The notes below the pieces were generated by a model that saw nothing but the letters and a program-made list of their open reading frames with translations, was not told the DNA's origin and did not search any database. Of a stretch of 64,000 nt of DNA, positions 24,189 through 36,116 are shown in pieces. This DNA comes from Curvularia clavata (lineage: Eukaryota). The stretch covers positions 1,178,001-1,242,000 of the forward strand of contig CP089280.1 in NCBI GenBank assembly GCA_023920165.1. The letters run 5' to 3'. The number at the start of each line of letters is the position of its first letter. Positions within the stretch are counted from its first letter, which is position 1. A program made the position numbers and the translations under genes.

Positions 24189-25623
24189 GGTAGATACGAT
24201 ATATGCTATATTGACAGTGAAGGGTTGCGAAATGAAGCTTGAGTAGAAAACGAGAGATGGGACGCGGTCGAAATGATCGATTTATCCATTGCTGTGTGAC
24301 TGAGGTTGAGATGGCAAACGGAGCATTTGGCATGCCAACAAACAAACTGTTCAATATGCAGGTACCCGCGAGCTCTTGTCAAGCATCACCATTCTTCCAT
24401 CACCTGCTTCCATCTTGCTTGTCGTCTTTGCGTCCTGGGAAACTAAGGCCTAATTAGCGCAAACAAGAGAGTTGTCAAATTAGCAAAGTTGCAGCTTTAC
24501 GAAGCAAAGACTTATTGGCGATTCTCGTTAGTTCCCGTGACTTCAGCTGTGTTTGCTTGATGGGGGCTTTGAGCGTATGTTCGGCATACATCTAGACCTG
24601 CAACAAGTCGATTGTTATGTTCTGGCCAGAACTGTCAGGAGTTGACCGCGGAGATTAACCTAGTGGCTGGAAAAAACTAAGGTTTGAGACGGTCGTTGAC
24701 TAGTGGATACCGTAATTATCCGTAGACCACGTCGGCATTGATGGCCAGGGGACGCCAAGTTCCCCAGGACGCCAATCATTGATCGTGGAACATCCGACGC
24801 AGTTATCGTCTGGTGGTTGTGATGGCGTATGGTGTTGTTCAGGGTAAGCTGAGCGCAAACCGGAGTGCAGTGCGCACATCGCAAGCTTGCCCGCATGTCT
24901 CCTAGCCGTCCACAATCCCTGTGCAGATTGGCCGGACGCCATGCCCCAATCTGCCGAAGCCTCACTCTGCCTACGACAACACCAGTCTGCTTCTGAATGC
25001 GCTACCCCTTTTGGAAACTAACACTTCGTTCATATTCTTCGGAGTTCGGGAGTCGTCTCAGCCCGTACTGTGTTACCTATTGTGGTGGCGCGCTCTAGTA
25101 TGCTCGGCAAACAACGGTCAACATTCCAATCGCTTGCATAGGGCAGGCCTACACAGACTTCCCTTTCTGAAACAATCAACTGTGCTATTCATACCATGGC
25201 AGAACGTATCAACGTCTAGCACTTACAATTCAAACCTGTTTTTGGAAATGCCGCCGCATTAGACTCGGGGATTGGCGTCCCCACAGCCAATGGACCGCCG
25301 ATCAAAAGTTACTTTAATCCAGCAGGCAAAAAGATCCCATTGGATGTCATCCACGAGTCATGGATGAACGAGATCTCCGAGGCCCCTCCCATCTGTCCCA
25401 TTCTAGTTTCGTCCCAGTACCATTTTGTCGGATCATGTGTCAGCCATCCCGAGGCTTAAACAGCTGTCTGATAATACTAGGCCTTTCCCTTCCACAGCCT
25501 TTATCCCCACAGTTCCGCCCAAGATCACCCTCGTAATATGGTTGTCTGCTAAGAAACGATGAGACCACCCGTGACCCACAAAGCCCGACATCTGACGATA
25601 ATCGAACGAATAGCTCCCCCACA

Positions 25624-27108
25624 ATGAGCCGCGACGATCGCAGTCGAGAGGTACTCGCGGTGGCAAGTCTGTTCTTCGTGCTCACATGGGTCACTGTTGG
25701 CCTACGCGCGTATGTGCGCGCAAAACTCATGAAAACCTGGGGAATCGATGACTGGTACATGGTCGGAGCTCAAGTACGCAGGCCACTTGCCTTCTTATGC
25801 AGTGATGTTAACCGAATCACTTAGCTAGTGTTTACGATATACCTCTCATTCCAGATTACTGCGGCAGTACACGGGACTGGTCGACATCGATGGCATCTGA
25901 GCGACGAAGACGCAAGAACTGCTCTACTGGTTGGTACATCTCCTTCACTTCGAATCTCTATCACTGACCTGGAACAGTTCTGGTACTTGTGTGAGATCTT
26001 TTACGTGATTACCAACTGCCTCCTTAAGTTTGCCATCGGATATTTCTATCTTCGGATCGCAGTGCAACGAACCCATGTCTGGTGCATAAGGATATTGATG
26101 GCAGGCACCGTCCTGTGTTGCATAATCTACTTCTTCTTGGTCATGCTCCAGTGTTCTCCAGGTAAGTATCTCGCTTGTCGTTTTTCATGAACACAGTATT
26201 GATTAGATGTAGTTTCTGTGTTTTGGAACGAGCATCCAGCATCGAAAAAGTGCATTTCCAAAGGTCCAACCCTAGGCATTAGCTACGCCCTCGCTGCTGT
26301 CAACGCCATGGCAGATTGGATATTGGGGATTCTCCCGTTCTTCATGGTTTGGGGACTCGAAATGATGAAGAAAAAGACCAAAGTCCTCGTTTCTTGTATT
26401 CTTGCATTTGCCGCGATGTATGCCACTCACATCCTGTACTTACATCGGTATGCTAACAAATCTTCAGTGGAAGTACCGGTACTGTTATTCGCATGGGCTA
26501 CATACACACACTCGTCAACGGCCCCGACTTTCTCTGTACGCTTATGATTTCTTTCACTTTCTACATCCATATCTTTTCTTTGCTAACTAATTGGTTCAGA
26601 TGCAACAACTGATGTCGCCATATGGAGCACAGTCGAACCTGGAATAGGAATTGCAGCAGGTAGTATTGCAACCTTCCGGCCGCTAGTATCTCACATAATG
26701 CAACGTCTCGGCCTTACAAAAGCACCTTACGAAGATTACACATCCGGACCCTACAGCAGCGAGAAAAGTCGAAAGAGCCGCAAAGCCCGTCGCGGCTATC
26801 GACGCAGCTTGAGCCCCTCAGATCTTGTGCCGACGGAGCTGGGAACTATGAAATCGCATATTGCTGCCGGTCGTGGTGCAGCAGCTGATATCGAGGATAC
26901 CATCGGATCACCAAGACTGGTTGCTGACGATCAGGAGGCACTATCTCCTATAGAAGAAGGCCAGATCATGCAGACAGTATCTGTCCATCAGCAAAGTGAA
27001 GTTCCGTCCAATGACGGTCCGCCCAAACTTGAGCTGCGTTCCAGCTTTCGCAATAGCTTTGCTAAGGGCTCGATATTCAGTTTAGGCAAGTTCCGTATAC
27101 CTGAATGA
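25624..27108 (+). CDS. PTH11-like/rhodopsin-family integral membrane protein (no CFEM), 5 introns
   Basis: VGLRAYVRA..WGIDDW, LKFAIGYFYLRI, DWILGILP and WSTVEPGIGIAAGSIATFRPL motifs. Canonical introns found. Confidence 0.85.
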
Positions 27109-27943
27109 ACTATCTTCACTTGTATCTACTACTAGGGACGTTAAAGTTTAATATCGTCTTTTCACGCACGCTTTACGAAGAAACGCTTTGTGCCACGGCT
27201 CCTATGTCTCTCCTTTTAGTACCCGATCTAGCCTAAATTTTCATCTGTCATATTTCATTGAGTTGCTTTCCAGATAATACCAACCGAAAAAAGACCGTTT
27301 GTAGAAGAAACTATAACTTGTAGCCGTTAAAATTAACTTTTCGACGACCGTAAACACAAGCACAAAAGTCGCCCACTACAAGCTCCATACATGTATACTA
27401 AAATACGCTTTCCATTTCCTATATTATTCAAACACGCCGACCCAAAGTTGGTTTACATCGTTGGCAAATATCTGCCATAATTTGTTAAATTTCCAACCAG
27501 CGGCTTTGCCAGTCACCAAGGCTCCACTTGGAAACAAAATGGCAAAGCGTGATGAGGTGGCATTGCAAATACGAAATCTTCGATTATGGGAAGTGGAACC
27601 ACCCCTACACTTTGTGAAACGGATGCTGCGTTAAATTTTCAGAAAACGAGTAATCATCGTTGAGTTGAGGTATGTGGAGGCGACGCGTATGCTAATAAGT
27701 ATACGTAAGAGCCAATTTTATGATTGGCCTGATGTGAACAGGGCTATCTATCTATTCCAGCCATAGACCTAGGCAACGCTAGTCAGTAAGCCAGCCCCAT
27801 GTCCTCTCTCGACCTCATACTACATATTGCTTGTCCATGTCGGGCCGGCAGAGCAGGTATGTGTACGCAAGTGTCCATCTCAGACTCGTACTCTGAGTCC
27901 GTCCTTATATCACCTGCATAACCTCCGCCAGTAAGAAATCCCT

Positions 27944-28885
27944 TCACTTCTCCATCCTGTCATCATTTCCCTGGCCTCGCACGTCCTTTTTATCCTTGAC
28001 CTCAGACTCTCTGTCCATCCTCTTGTCCAGAACCTTGAGGCACCACCTCAAAGTTTCCTCCCACACCTCTTCCTCCTTTCTATCATCCACCCACCATGAC
28101 TTCTCTGGATTCCTGAAGTCTGTAACAGCTAAGGAGCGGAGATACCACCAACTAGGCAGATAGTTGAGTCTTGCCAGCGCTGCCAGCTTTAGCGGTGAGA
28201 ACATGCAACCGTACTGAGATGCACGCTGCAACATGGCGCCATGACGGAACGCGACTTGCCACATTGCATGCGCCACGGCGTTGATGTGGTCAGAGGTTAT
28301 GGGCTCTTTGGTAGGGTCGGCAGGGATGATGTTGGGGTTTTCCTTAAGGACGCATGGGACGAGTGCGGGCATCAACTTATGTAAGTTCGGGTCAACAGGG
28401 AGGGATACCGCATACTGATTAACAGGTACCGCATTTTGGTTGGCGGGTGCAATGTTTTGGTTGACGGGTGCCGCATACTGGTTTGCAGGTGCCGCGTACT
28501 GATTGCTAGGTGTAGCGTACTGGACAGGCATGGCTTGCTGTGGTGTTTGAGGAGGCATGGAATTTTGGACAGAGGGTGGCGGTGTAGACTGCTGTACTTT
28601 CGTTAGTTTATCCCTTCTGTACCATTACAACTAACCTTCATGATGCGACTTGAAGAGACTGCCATCAATCCTCCAAGTTCGGCCGTCTCACCTCGACTTT
28701 GATCTCTGGCATCTGGACGCCATTTTTCTTTGATGGAGTGTCTATCTTGACTGGCAGTGAGACGCTGTTTCCTGTAACTGCGACCGGCGTGGACGAAGAC
28801 TTGGTTTGCTTCTATTTCTGTAAGAGCCTCACTCAATTGGGCGTTAATCCAGATGAACTCTCACCTTTCGTTTGTTGGATGCCAT
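27944..28885 (-). CDS. Hypothetical protein (proposed 3 exons) with internal P-x-N-Q-Y/N-A-A heptad repeats
   Basis: MASNKRK|KQTKSSST...IKVE|QSTPPPSVQNSMPPQ joined by two GTGAGA..AG introns into ORF 27944..28558. Confidence 0.55.
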
Positions 28886-30179
28886 GGTTACGATCTTGAT
28901 GACCGCTTTCTCACATTTGGAAAGAGTTCAGGTATTTTGATTCTCTCTGGGCCCTGTGGTGGGTTGAGTAGAAACGACGAGCTTACTCAAGTCTTGTAAA
29001 GCCGTTTGGACTCTAATTAGGGCCATCAGTCCGTGCGTAATGTTGTGGAGTCTTCACTGACTGCTCGTACTCGTGGCCTTCACCTTTTCCACAAACAGTA
29101 AATCTGGTTTCATTATGTCATACGTCCGTTTGCTCTATGTCATTACAATAAACACATGACAACATCCTTCACCAGAGAACTTGAAATTTATGGAAGACGA
29201 GGAGTTCGTATTATTGTTACGCTATTGTCACAACTGAGTACTATCAATAGCCCCCTCAAAGTTAGTTCTACCGCTCGTTAGATCAACTCCGCGACAAGCG
29301 AGTATTCTAAGTTCCTGAGAAACTTGTTCTCTTGTGAAAGCTTAGTTGACCATGACACGTACGAAGTCGTTTGATTTTAATGTCTAATCATCTTGTTCTT
29401 TTTAGCATGCCCATATCGCCTTTTGGAGTCTGCTGCAACTGGCACGAATGGCATACACCGCCCGTAATAAATAGAGTGTATCGCGAACAGGGGTGGTAAT
29501 CATGAGGTTGAGGTAGAAGAAGACAATAATTAGGTGAGGCCTAGCCTGACGAAGGGATCTTTGTTATGCAAATCAAATCGCCTAGCAATCTTCGTTGCAG
29601 TTGGGAGCTGCTGATTCCTAAGAACTCCTTTTCCATTCCGTACTAGAAGGAGCAGGTTCAAGACTGAAGCCATACAGTATACATTCATGAGGAATCAAGG
29701 GCCAAAGGCGCTTATGCAGTTGCTTCCCACAATCCATGTGTTGAGGCGTTACAGAGATCCATGGTGTCGATGTAATCGTATACCGGATCGTTGTACATGA
29801 CACAAAAAAAGACTTGGAGGAATGGTATTAGTGGCATTCACTAGCGCCACCGACAGAAGATTGGACTGGGTTTGTGTAGGTAACGAATTGACGAATTTGC
29901 AAAATCAAACAAGTTCAAGAATATATGTATTATTTGGTTATCTAAAGCAGTCGTACTCATAGTAGAAGATGAAACTTCAGCATGGCAGGAAGTCTCCGAA
30001 GCGAGTAGTGTTGATGATGCACACTGAACCAAAGGTATCGCCAGTCCCGAAACATATGCTTTGTCAATCCAAGATTTCGCCAAGGCCTGCAATCTAGGTA
30101 GGGTATTTTCCTCTGAATGCCTCGCATCCTCCGCTGCACCGGCTTAACATTAAGCCAAGTTCAATATCAAATAAAAGAG

Positions 30180-31339
30180 CTAAGCCCGTCCACGCGCACC
30201 CGCCTTCCGCTTTGCTTTCGGCTTCTGCTTAGGAGGAGGTGTCTTGTCTTCCTCCGAATCACCAATGTCCTCTTCTCCAGACTCCATCATCTCTTCGTCG
30301 CTCTCTACCTTGGCTTTCTTCTTCGAGCGGCTGTTCGGCTTCTGCTTCTTCCGATTTGCCGCAAATGCTTCCTCAGACGGCTCTTCCATAGGCGTGGATC
30401 GTTTTGACCCTCGCGATTTAGGTGCGTACTTGGCTTCGAGAGAATCGAAGAAGTTGCCTGCTCGTGCTTTTTGTCGTTGTTGAATTAAAGCAGCAAGGCC
30501 TGCCATATCATCTGTGCCGCTTTTCTTGGCTTTTGGCTTCGCTTTCGCCTTGGTTTTACCCTTGGCCGGCTCAGCCTCCTCTTCCTGTTCCTTTGCCTGT
30601 TGCTTGTCAAAGTCCTCGCGTCTCTTCTTCTCCGCATCCTTTGCTTTCTGGCGTGTCTCGTCCGTCTCTTTCTCGTATGCAGGATATGATTCAACCGTGC
30701 CCTTAGCAATCTCTTCATCTAGAATCTTCCTAAACCGCTCGTCGTCCACCAAGATGTCAGACAACATAACAACGTCATAGACCTTGTTCAAGTTGCCCTT
30801 GGATTTCTTGAATGCCTTGATCAGATCATTCCTCTCCTCTTCGCTGCCTTTGTATTCGCTGGCAATCTTATTGATGGCCTCTTCGTTGACAATGTTTTCG
30901 AACTGTTCACGGTAAAACTTCAGCCAGTTGAAGTCATCATCGTCTTCCAGGATTTCGGCCGTACTGCCTGTCAGATCGTACCGTCTACGTCTGCGATCAT
31001 CGGAAAGTACGGCGTAGGCGAATGCGATCTCTTGAAATGTCTTGTTGGCGGCTTCTTTTTCCTCGGGCGCAACCTTATCTACGGTTGTTAGTAGGAGACC
31101 GAAGACGCCTGGTCAAAATACACACCTGGATGGAATTTGAGCGCCATTTTGCGGTACGCTTTCTTCACGTCGTCTGCTGTTGCTTGAGTCTCGAGCCCGA
31201 GAACCTTATACGGGTCAATGGTAGGTGGGGCGTCTTCGTCGCCAATATCATTCTCGTCGCCTTCGCTTTCCTGCTCGTCGACAAAATCATCTTCCATAGG
31301 CTCATCACTAGGTGCGCTGTTGCGTTGTTTCCTTGCCAT
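30180..31339 (-). CDS. DnaJ-domain protein (DNAJC9-like); intron ~31079-31125 splits the HPD motif
   Basis: [23 protein letters not shown]...[21 protein letters not shown] and YKGSEEE..DL. Basic, NLS-rich C-terminus. Confidence 0.88.
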
Positions 31340-31507
31340 GTTGTAGTGTTGTGGTGTTGATGTCTGAGGTGAAGCAGTGCTGAGTCGTGATGATGGAGGA
31401 CGCGACGCGACAGTGCGCCCGGAGTTAACGGAGCTAACTAGACTTGCTCTATCACCTATCGCCCAGAACACGAATTACATCATTTTCTCTTACTTCACTC
31501 ATCAAAT
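31340..31507. promoter_or_regulatory. Compact bidirectional promoter (DnaJ / deaminase) containing tandem ACGCG
   Basis: Only 168 bp between divergent ATGs, with GACGCGACGCGAC at 31399-31411. Confidence 0.55.
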
Positions 31508-32080
31508 ATGTCCTTCGAGCCTGATAAACTTCCATTGCGGTACTGGGACGGCCCGGTCCCTCCGATCCCGGGGCCGGACCCCAACGATCATCTCCAGTAC
31601 ATGCGTCTTGCCCTTGATCAAGCCCACGAATCACCGCCAAAGCCCTCGAATTTCCGAGTGGGCGCCCTATTGGTCGATGCAGATACTGGTGCTATCCTAT
31701 CAAGAGGCTATACTCTTGAATGCGAGGGCAATACTCATGCGGAGCAATGTTGTCTTTTGAAGTTTGCCCAGGCACACAACTTGCCGGAAGAGCGCGTCGG
31801 CGAAGCTCTTCCATCAAACACCGTCATATACACTACTATGGAGCCTTGCAATCTTCGGTTGAGTGGAAACTTGCCGTGTGCAGACCGAATCATCGGAACC
31901 AAGGGAGTAAACGGGGAACAGAAAATCAAAAAGGTCTATCTAGGCGTCAAGGAGCCGGAAAAGTTCGTTGGTGAAAATGAGGGACGGAAGAAACTTGAGG
32001 AGAACGGCATCGAATGCATTCATGTGCCTGGCTTGGAGGATCGGATATTGCAAGTTGCTACTGCGGGTCACGAACAGTAG
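31508..32080 (+). CDS. Zn-dependent deaminase of the riboflavin pathway (Rib2 DRAP-deaminase-like, stand-alone)
   Basis: FRVGALLV, GNTHAEQCC (HxE), and TMEPCNLRLSGNLPC (PCx..C) motifs. Confidence 0.8.
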   Translation: MSFEPDKLPLRYWDGPVPPIPGPDPNDHLQYMRLALDQAHESPPKPSNFRVGALLVDADTGAILSRGYTLECEGNTHAEQCCLLKFAQAHNLPEERVGEALPSNTVIYTTMEPCNLRLSGNLPCADRIIGTKGVNGEQKIKKVYLGVKEPEKFVGENEGRKKLEENGIECIHVPGLEDRILQVATAGHEQ

Positions 32081-32568
32081 TTCATTGTGTATAATAGAGT
32101 CTTGAAAGCTGTGGAGGCTATAGATGGGCAAACCGGGGATCTCACTGCCTGGTCTGAACAAAACACGAGACGAAAGGTCTATAAGTAACCAAGCAAGGGT
32201 GATAGCAGTTCCGACATACATGTCGGAGCAATAGTTGTAAAACAAAAAACTCCGATAACTTAACGGCAAGATGGTGCAACGTCGGCAACAGGCACCCGCT
32301 TGTGGAATTCCCCCGCGTCCTCAAGATCGGCTGGCTGAATTTCAACGATGGCGTCATGACTTATTCCGCATTGAACGCAATCCACCGCCAACCCCGATCA
32401 CGTTCATTGAGCAACCAAAGAACGCGCGCATGATAATCATCCTTCAAGCTCGATCTTACGATGACGCGCGGTAAGACCATGTGGTCGGATAAACTCAAAC
32501 AGGTCTCTTGACCGCAGACATATATTAAATCTGATTTCTACCCTGTCAATCTCACTTGTTTTCTCACG

Positions 32569-33260
32569 ATGCTAAACTACATCCGCCCAGCTACCACCCA
32601 AACCTGCATCCAACCTCTTAGAACTCTCACGAAGCCTACGTGCGCTCAGATACCCCGACTTAGCAGAGCAACCATGTCGACCTCAGCATCAAACATCAAC
32701 ATCGAGACCAAGGACATTAAGACGGCGCCGGGCGTCACCCTCGATGACTCCAAGAAGACAATTGTAGGATCCGTACTCGACCTCTTCGCCGGTCGCCCTT
32801 CACTACGAAAACTGTCTTTGTGGCGCGATGATGCTACTTTTGCGGACCCTCTTACCATTGCACAGGGCCGTAACAAGTATGCGGCACAGTGGTATGGACT
32901 AAAAGCTGCCTTCTCGGAGATCGAGCGGTTAGAGCATCAGGTCAAGGACGCTGGAAACCCCATTCTGATGGACCTGAAGACGAGGTATGTAGTCAAGGGA
33001 ATCGGCAAGGAGCAAATCATCCAGAGTCAGGTGGTGATCCATTTGGATGGTGAGGGAAAGATCGAGAAGTTGGAGGATAAGTGGAACGGAAAGCTGCCCG
33101 AGAGCGCCATTGCAAATGTGAGTTTATCGAAAATCAATGTGTGGAATGATTTTATTGACTTTTTATGCAGGCTTTCCGACATTTGAATGCTGTTTCAGTA
33201 CCCCTGATGATCAAGGTACCTAAGAATGATGAAGAGGATGCAAAGATGGGTAACCAGTAA
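32569..33260 (+). CDS. SnoaL/NTF2-like fold fungal protein; intron 33118-33170; second in-frame ATG at 32674
   Basis: LWRDDATFADPL..AQG..YAAQWYGL and IEKLEDKW motifs. Spliced C-terminus AFRHLNAVSVP...GNQ*. Confidence 0.75.
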
Positions 33261-33317
33261 TTGAAGTACATGTACTCGTAATTCGTAAAATCGTAAAATC
33301 GGTTCCCGTTTGTCTCG

Positions 33318-33973
33318 TTATGCTCCATTGAACATTCTTCCCAGCGCAAAGTGCATCAAAAATGCAACAATACCAGCGCTCACACCCAGTACCTTCATGC
33401 TGGGAGCTCCCGCAACGATCAAGATGGTACCACATGATCCCTGTCCAGCTCTTGGTAGATCGGGTCCGTTCATTGTGATCGTCGCGCAGAAACCGCCTTG
33501 CGCGGGATTTGGCTCGCGATACACGGTCGTTACGGGTGGCACCGCATATACTGTCGGTTGCTGAGGATACACGGTCACCGTAGAGACTTGTGCGGCGACA
33601 ACGACTCCTCCACATTGATTTCCGTTTGGGCAGCAGCCGATCAATCCGTTGGAATTTGCGGGTACAGCACATTGGTAATTTGCTGGGCAACACCTGGTCC
33701 TGATCAGCAGGGAACCACTTTTACACATGCTTGCGGCACTCACCAACTAGGATAGTCGACATTACTACAGCTTACTGACGCGGAAGACGGACACCAATTC
33801 TGGCCTTGGGTAGCGACAACTGACTGTCCCTCTGGATTCACGATATACACAGCGCCAGAGAAGGGAGCATTATTTGTGTATTGCTGTGGCATAGCTTCTG
33901 GCTTTGCGATCGGCTCCGCCGCGCAAATTGTCAGCGACGACAAGAACAGGCTCCATGGTGCAAGGAATCGCAT
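33318..33973 (-). CDS. Small secreted Cys-rich, probably GPI-anchored protein; intron ~33693-33743
   Basis: Signal peptide MRFLAPWSLFLSSLTICAA, CP..C..WCCP..C..CCP..C pattern and a hydrophobic C-terminus. Confidence 0.8.
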
Positions 33974-34747
33974 TGCGCTAGTGATGGAAGAAGCTGACAG
34001 TTGAGGATACCGCGCTCACGAGGACTTGCGACCACAAAGAAGCTATGCGATCTGCTGGGAATGATGGGTTGGTACCGCGACACGAAAAGCCGTCCTTGAG
34101 GTGAGAGGAAATTGGGAGCCAGCAGTCGTGCGGCGCGCATGCCCGGCTGTTCCCTCGCTTTAAGAACTGACCGGACCAGGACTATTACCTTGGAAGCTCT
34201 ACAAAGAGCTGGGATAGCTCCGAAGCCTGATGCATATCGAGACTAACTTATCACGGAAGACAGGATCATGCCGGCCTTGGTGGGGATGCGCATCATCGGT
34301 AGCCCTGACTGCAGTGTGGTCTAGTACGGCACACAATGGGCCGATTTAGCTGCTTTTTCTTGCGGTGGATCGCAAACAGCGGTGTTGAGGTGCGCTGGTT
34401 CTGTCGTGTTCAGGTGGATCTTGAGCCCTGCTTTGCCGCCCAACGTACAAATGACTGCGTGGCAGCACAAGGACCATCAGCAGGGAAAAACCGATTGTCT
34501 GCGATACGAAAGCCTTGATTGCTCCCTGTATGTAAGCCCGGTCAAGCCACGGCCTTGGAAGCGGCAGCGTCGGATAGGATTGCGTAGTGAGGCGCATAGC
34601 GCATGTGCCGGTGATCATCCGGCAAAGCTCGGAACGAAACAGGCTAGTCGTTCGCCGGGGTAATCCCACGTGACAGCGTAAACGGGCGCCCGCAGCGCGT
34701 CGCGTCGCCTTTCCCTACATCTCTTGCACATTGCAACACAGTATGAT

Positions 34748-35570
34748 ATGTCAACGCACCGGCCAACGCGCCCGTACCGACTGTATCCCGCCTATTGCTT
34801 CAGAGCATCTCCGACATACAATGCCTGGGTGAAGCTCACTGCTGCTAATGTACAAGTTCTCCGCTCCGAGAAGGGTTTTGAAGGTGACAGGAACCATTTA
34901 ACAGCACCCGGCTGTTACTGAGACATCAACAGGACAGCGCATTTACTTCCATCTGAACCATCCCATTCGATATGTACGCATAGTTGGCGTTGTTGTAGCC
35001 ATCGACGACATCAACCTCAAGTATACCGTTCTCACCATTGACGACGGAAGCGGATCAAACATCGAGGTCAAGATCGTGCGACTACCTCCAACCGAGAACA
35101 GCCCCGTTGATACCTCTTCGAAAACAGCAATTGGAAATGTCGAAATCATCAGCCACCTGGGCGTCTTTGAAGTCATGGTAGACAAGCAGCCATTGGATAT
35201 CGGATCGGTTCTCAAGGCTAAATGCACCATATCGGAGTTCAGAGGTGTGAAGCAATTGGAGTTGAAGAGAGTATCGATCGTCCCAACAACGGATGAAGAG
35301 GCACAGGCCTGGGCGGAGACGGCTGCATTCAATAAGAAAGTACTAGCCAAACCATGGCACATATCCTCAAGCGAGCATAGAAAGATAAAACAGGACATAA
35401 AGGCTGAAAAGAAGAGGGCGTTGGAATATGAGCGACGTAAAGCCGAGTACGAAGTCAAAAAGGAAGAGCATAGACTAGCGAGGGAGGCCCATCACGAACA
35501 ACGAGAAAAGAAGCTCGAGGCTCGACGCCGTAAAGAGGAGGCTATGTTGAATGACGGTGCATTGATATGA
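34748..35570 (+). CDS. STN1: OB-fold protein, CST complex subunit Stn1-like; intron ~34884-34933
   Basis: YPAYCFRASPTYNAWVKL, FHLNHPIRYVRIVGVVV, TIDDGSG and FRGVKQL motifs with a coiled-coil tail. Confidence 0.75.
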
Positions 35571-36116
35571 TTGGGCAAGGTTGCCAGGAAGTTATCATGC
35601 CCAAGCTACACCTTACGTTTAGGACTCTAGACTCACTTCACCTGCTACGCCTGAGATAGACCGTCGGTATCGAATCGCAGATCCTAATCAGGTTATACGC
35701 TTGCAACGAAGCTGGTTCCTGTCGTCAAGGATTGGTCAACTAGTCCTGGGCATTCCGATCTAATATCTGAGAACAACAGCGACTATGGAATGATTCACTT
35801 CGTCCAGACCAGCATGCCCAGTTTGCACTCTTGTCACTGGCATTCGAACCAAGCTAGCATATAGCACTGTATGACAGTTACGACCAATGATTGCGACCCT
35901 CCAGTACGAAAGAAACTCCTGTCCCTAGCATGTTCATGGTCCTACGACATGATTCTTCTACTGGGCCACACCGTATACCAATTGATAGGGTGTACATGGC
36001 TGGTGCGATTTGCATTAGTCACAACTGCATAGAAAAGCTTTCCGACTGCAAATGAATCGAAACGTATTCTCGGAGAACGACAGGCTCGGACTGCCTTACT
36101 CCGCTCATTTCAAAAG

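Noticed and set aside
29600..30140. Short minus-strand ORFs that might be a pseudogene
   Set aside because: I could not assemble a coherent frame or recognise a family by eye.
4047..32080. Vitamin biosynthesis clustering (ECM31 and Rib2-like) and UBC8-PCK1 linkage
   Set aside because: The genes are more than 25 kb apart with many unrelated genes in between, so this is most likely coincidence.
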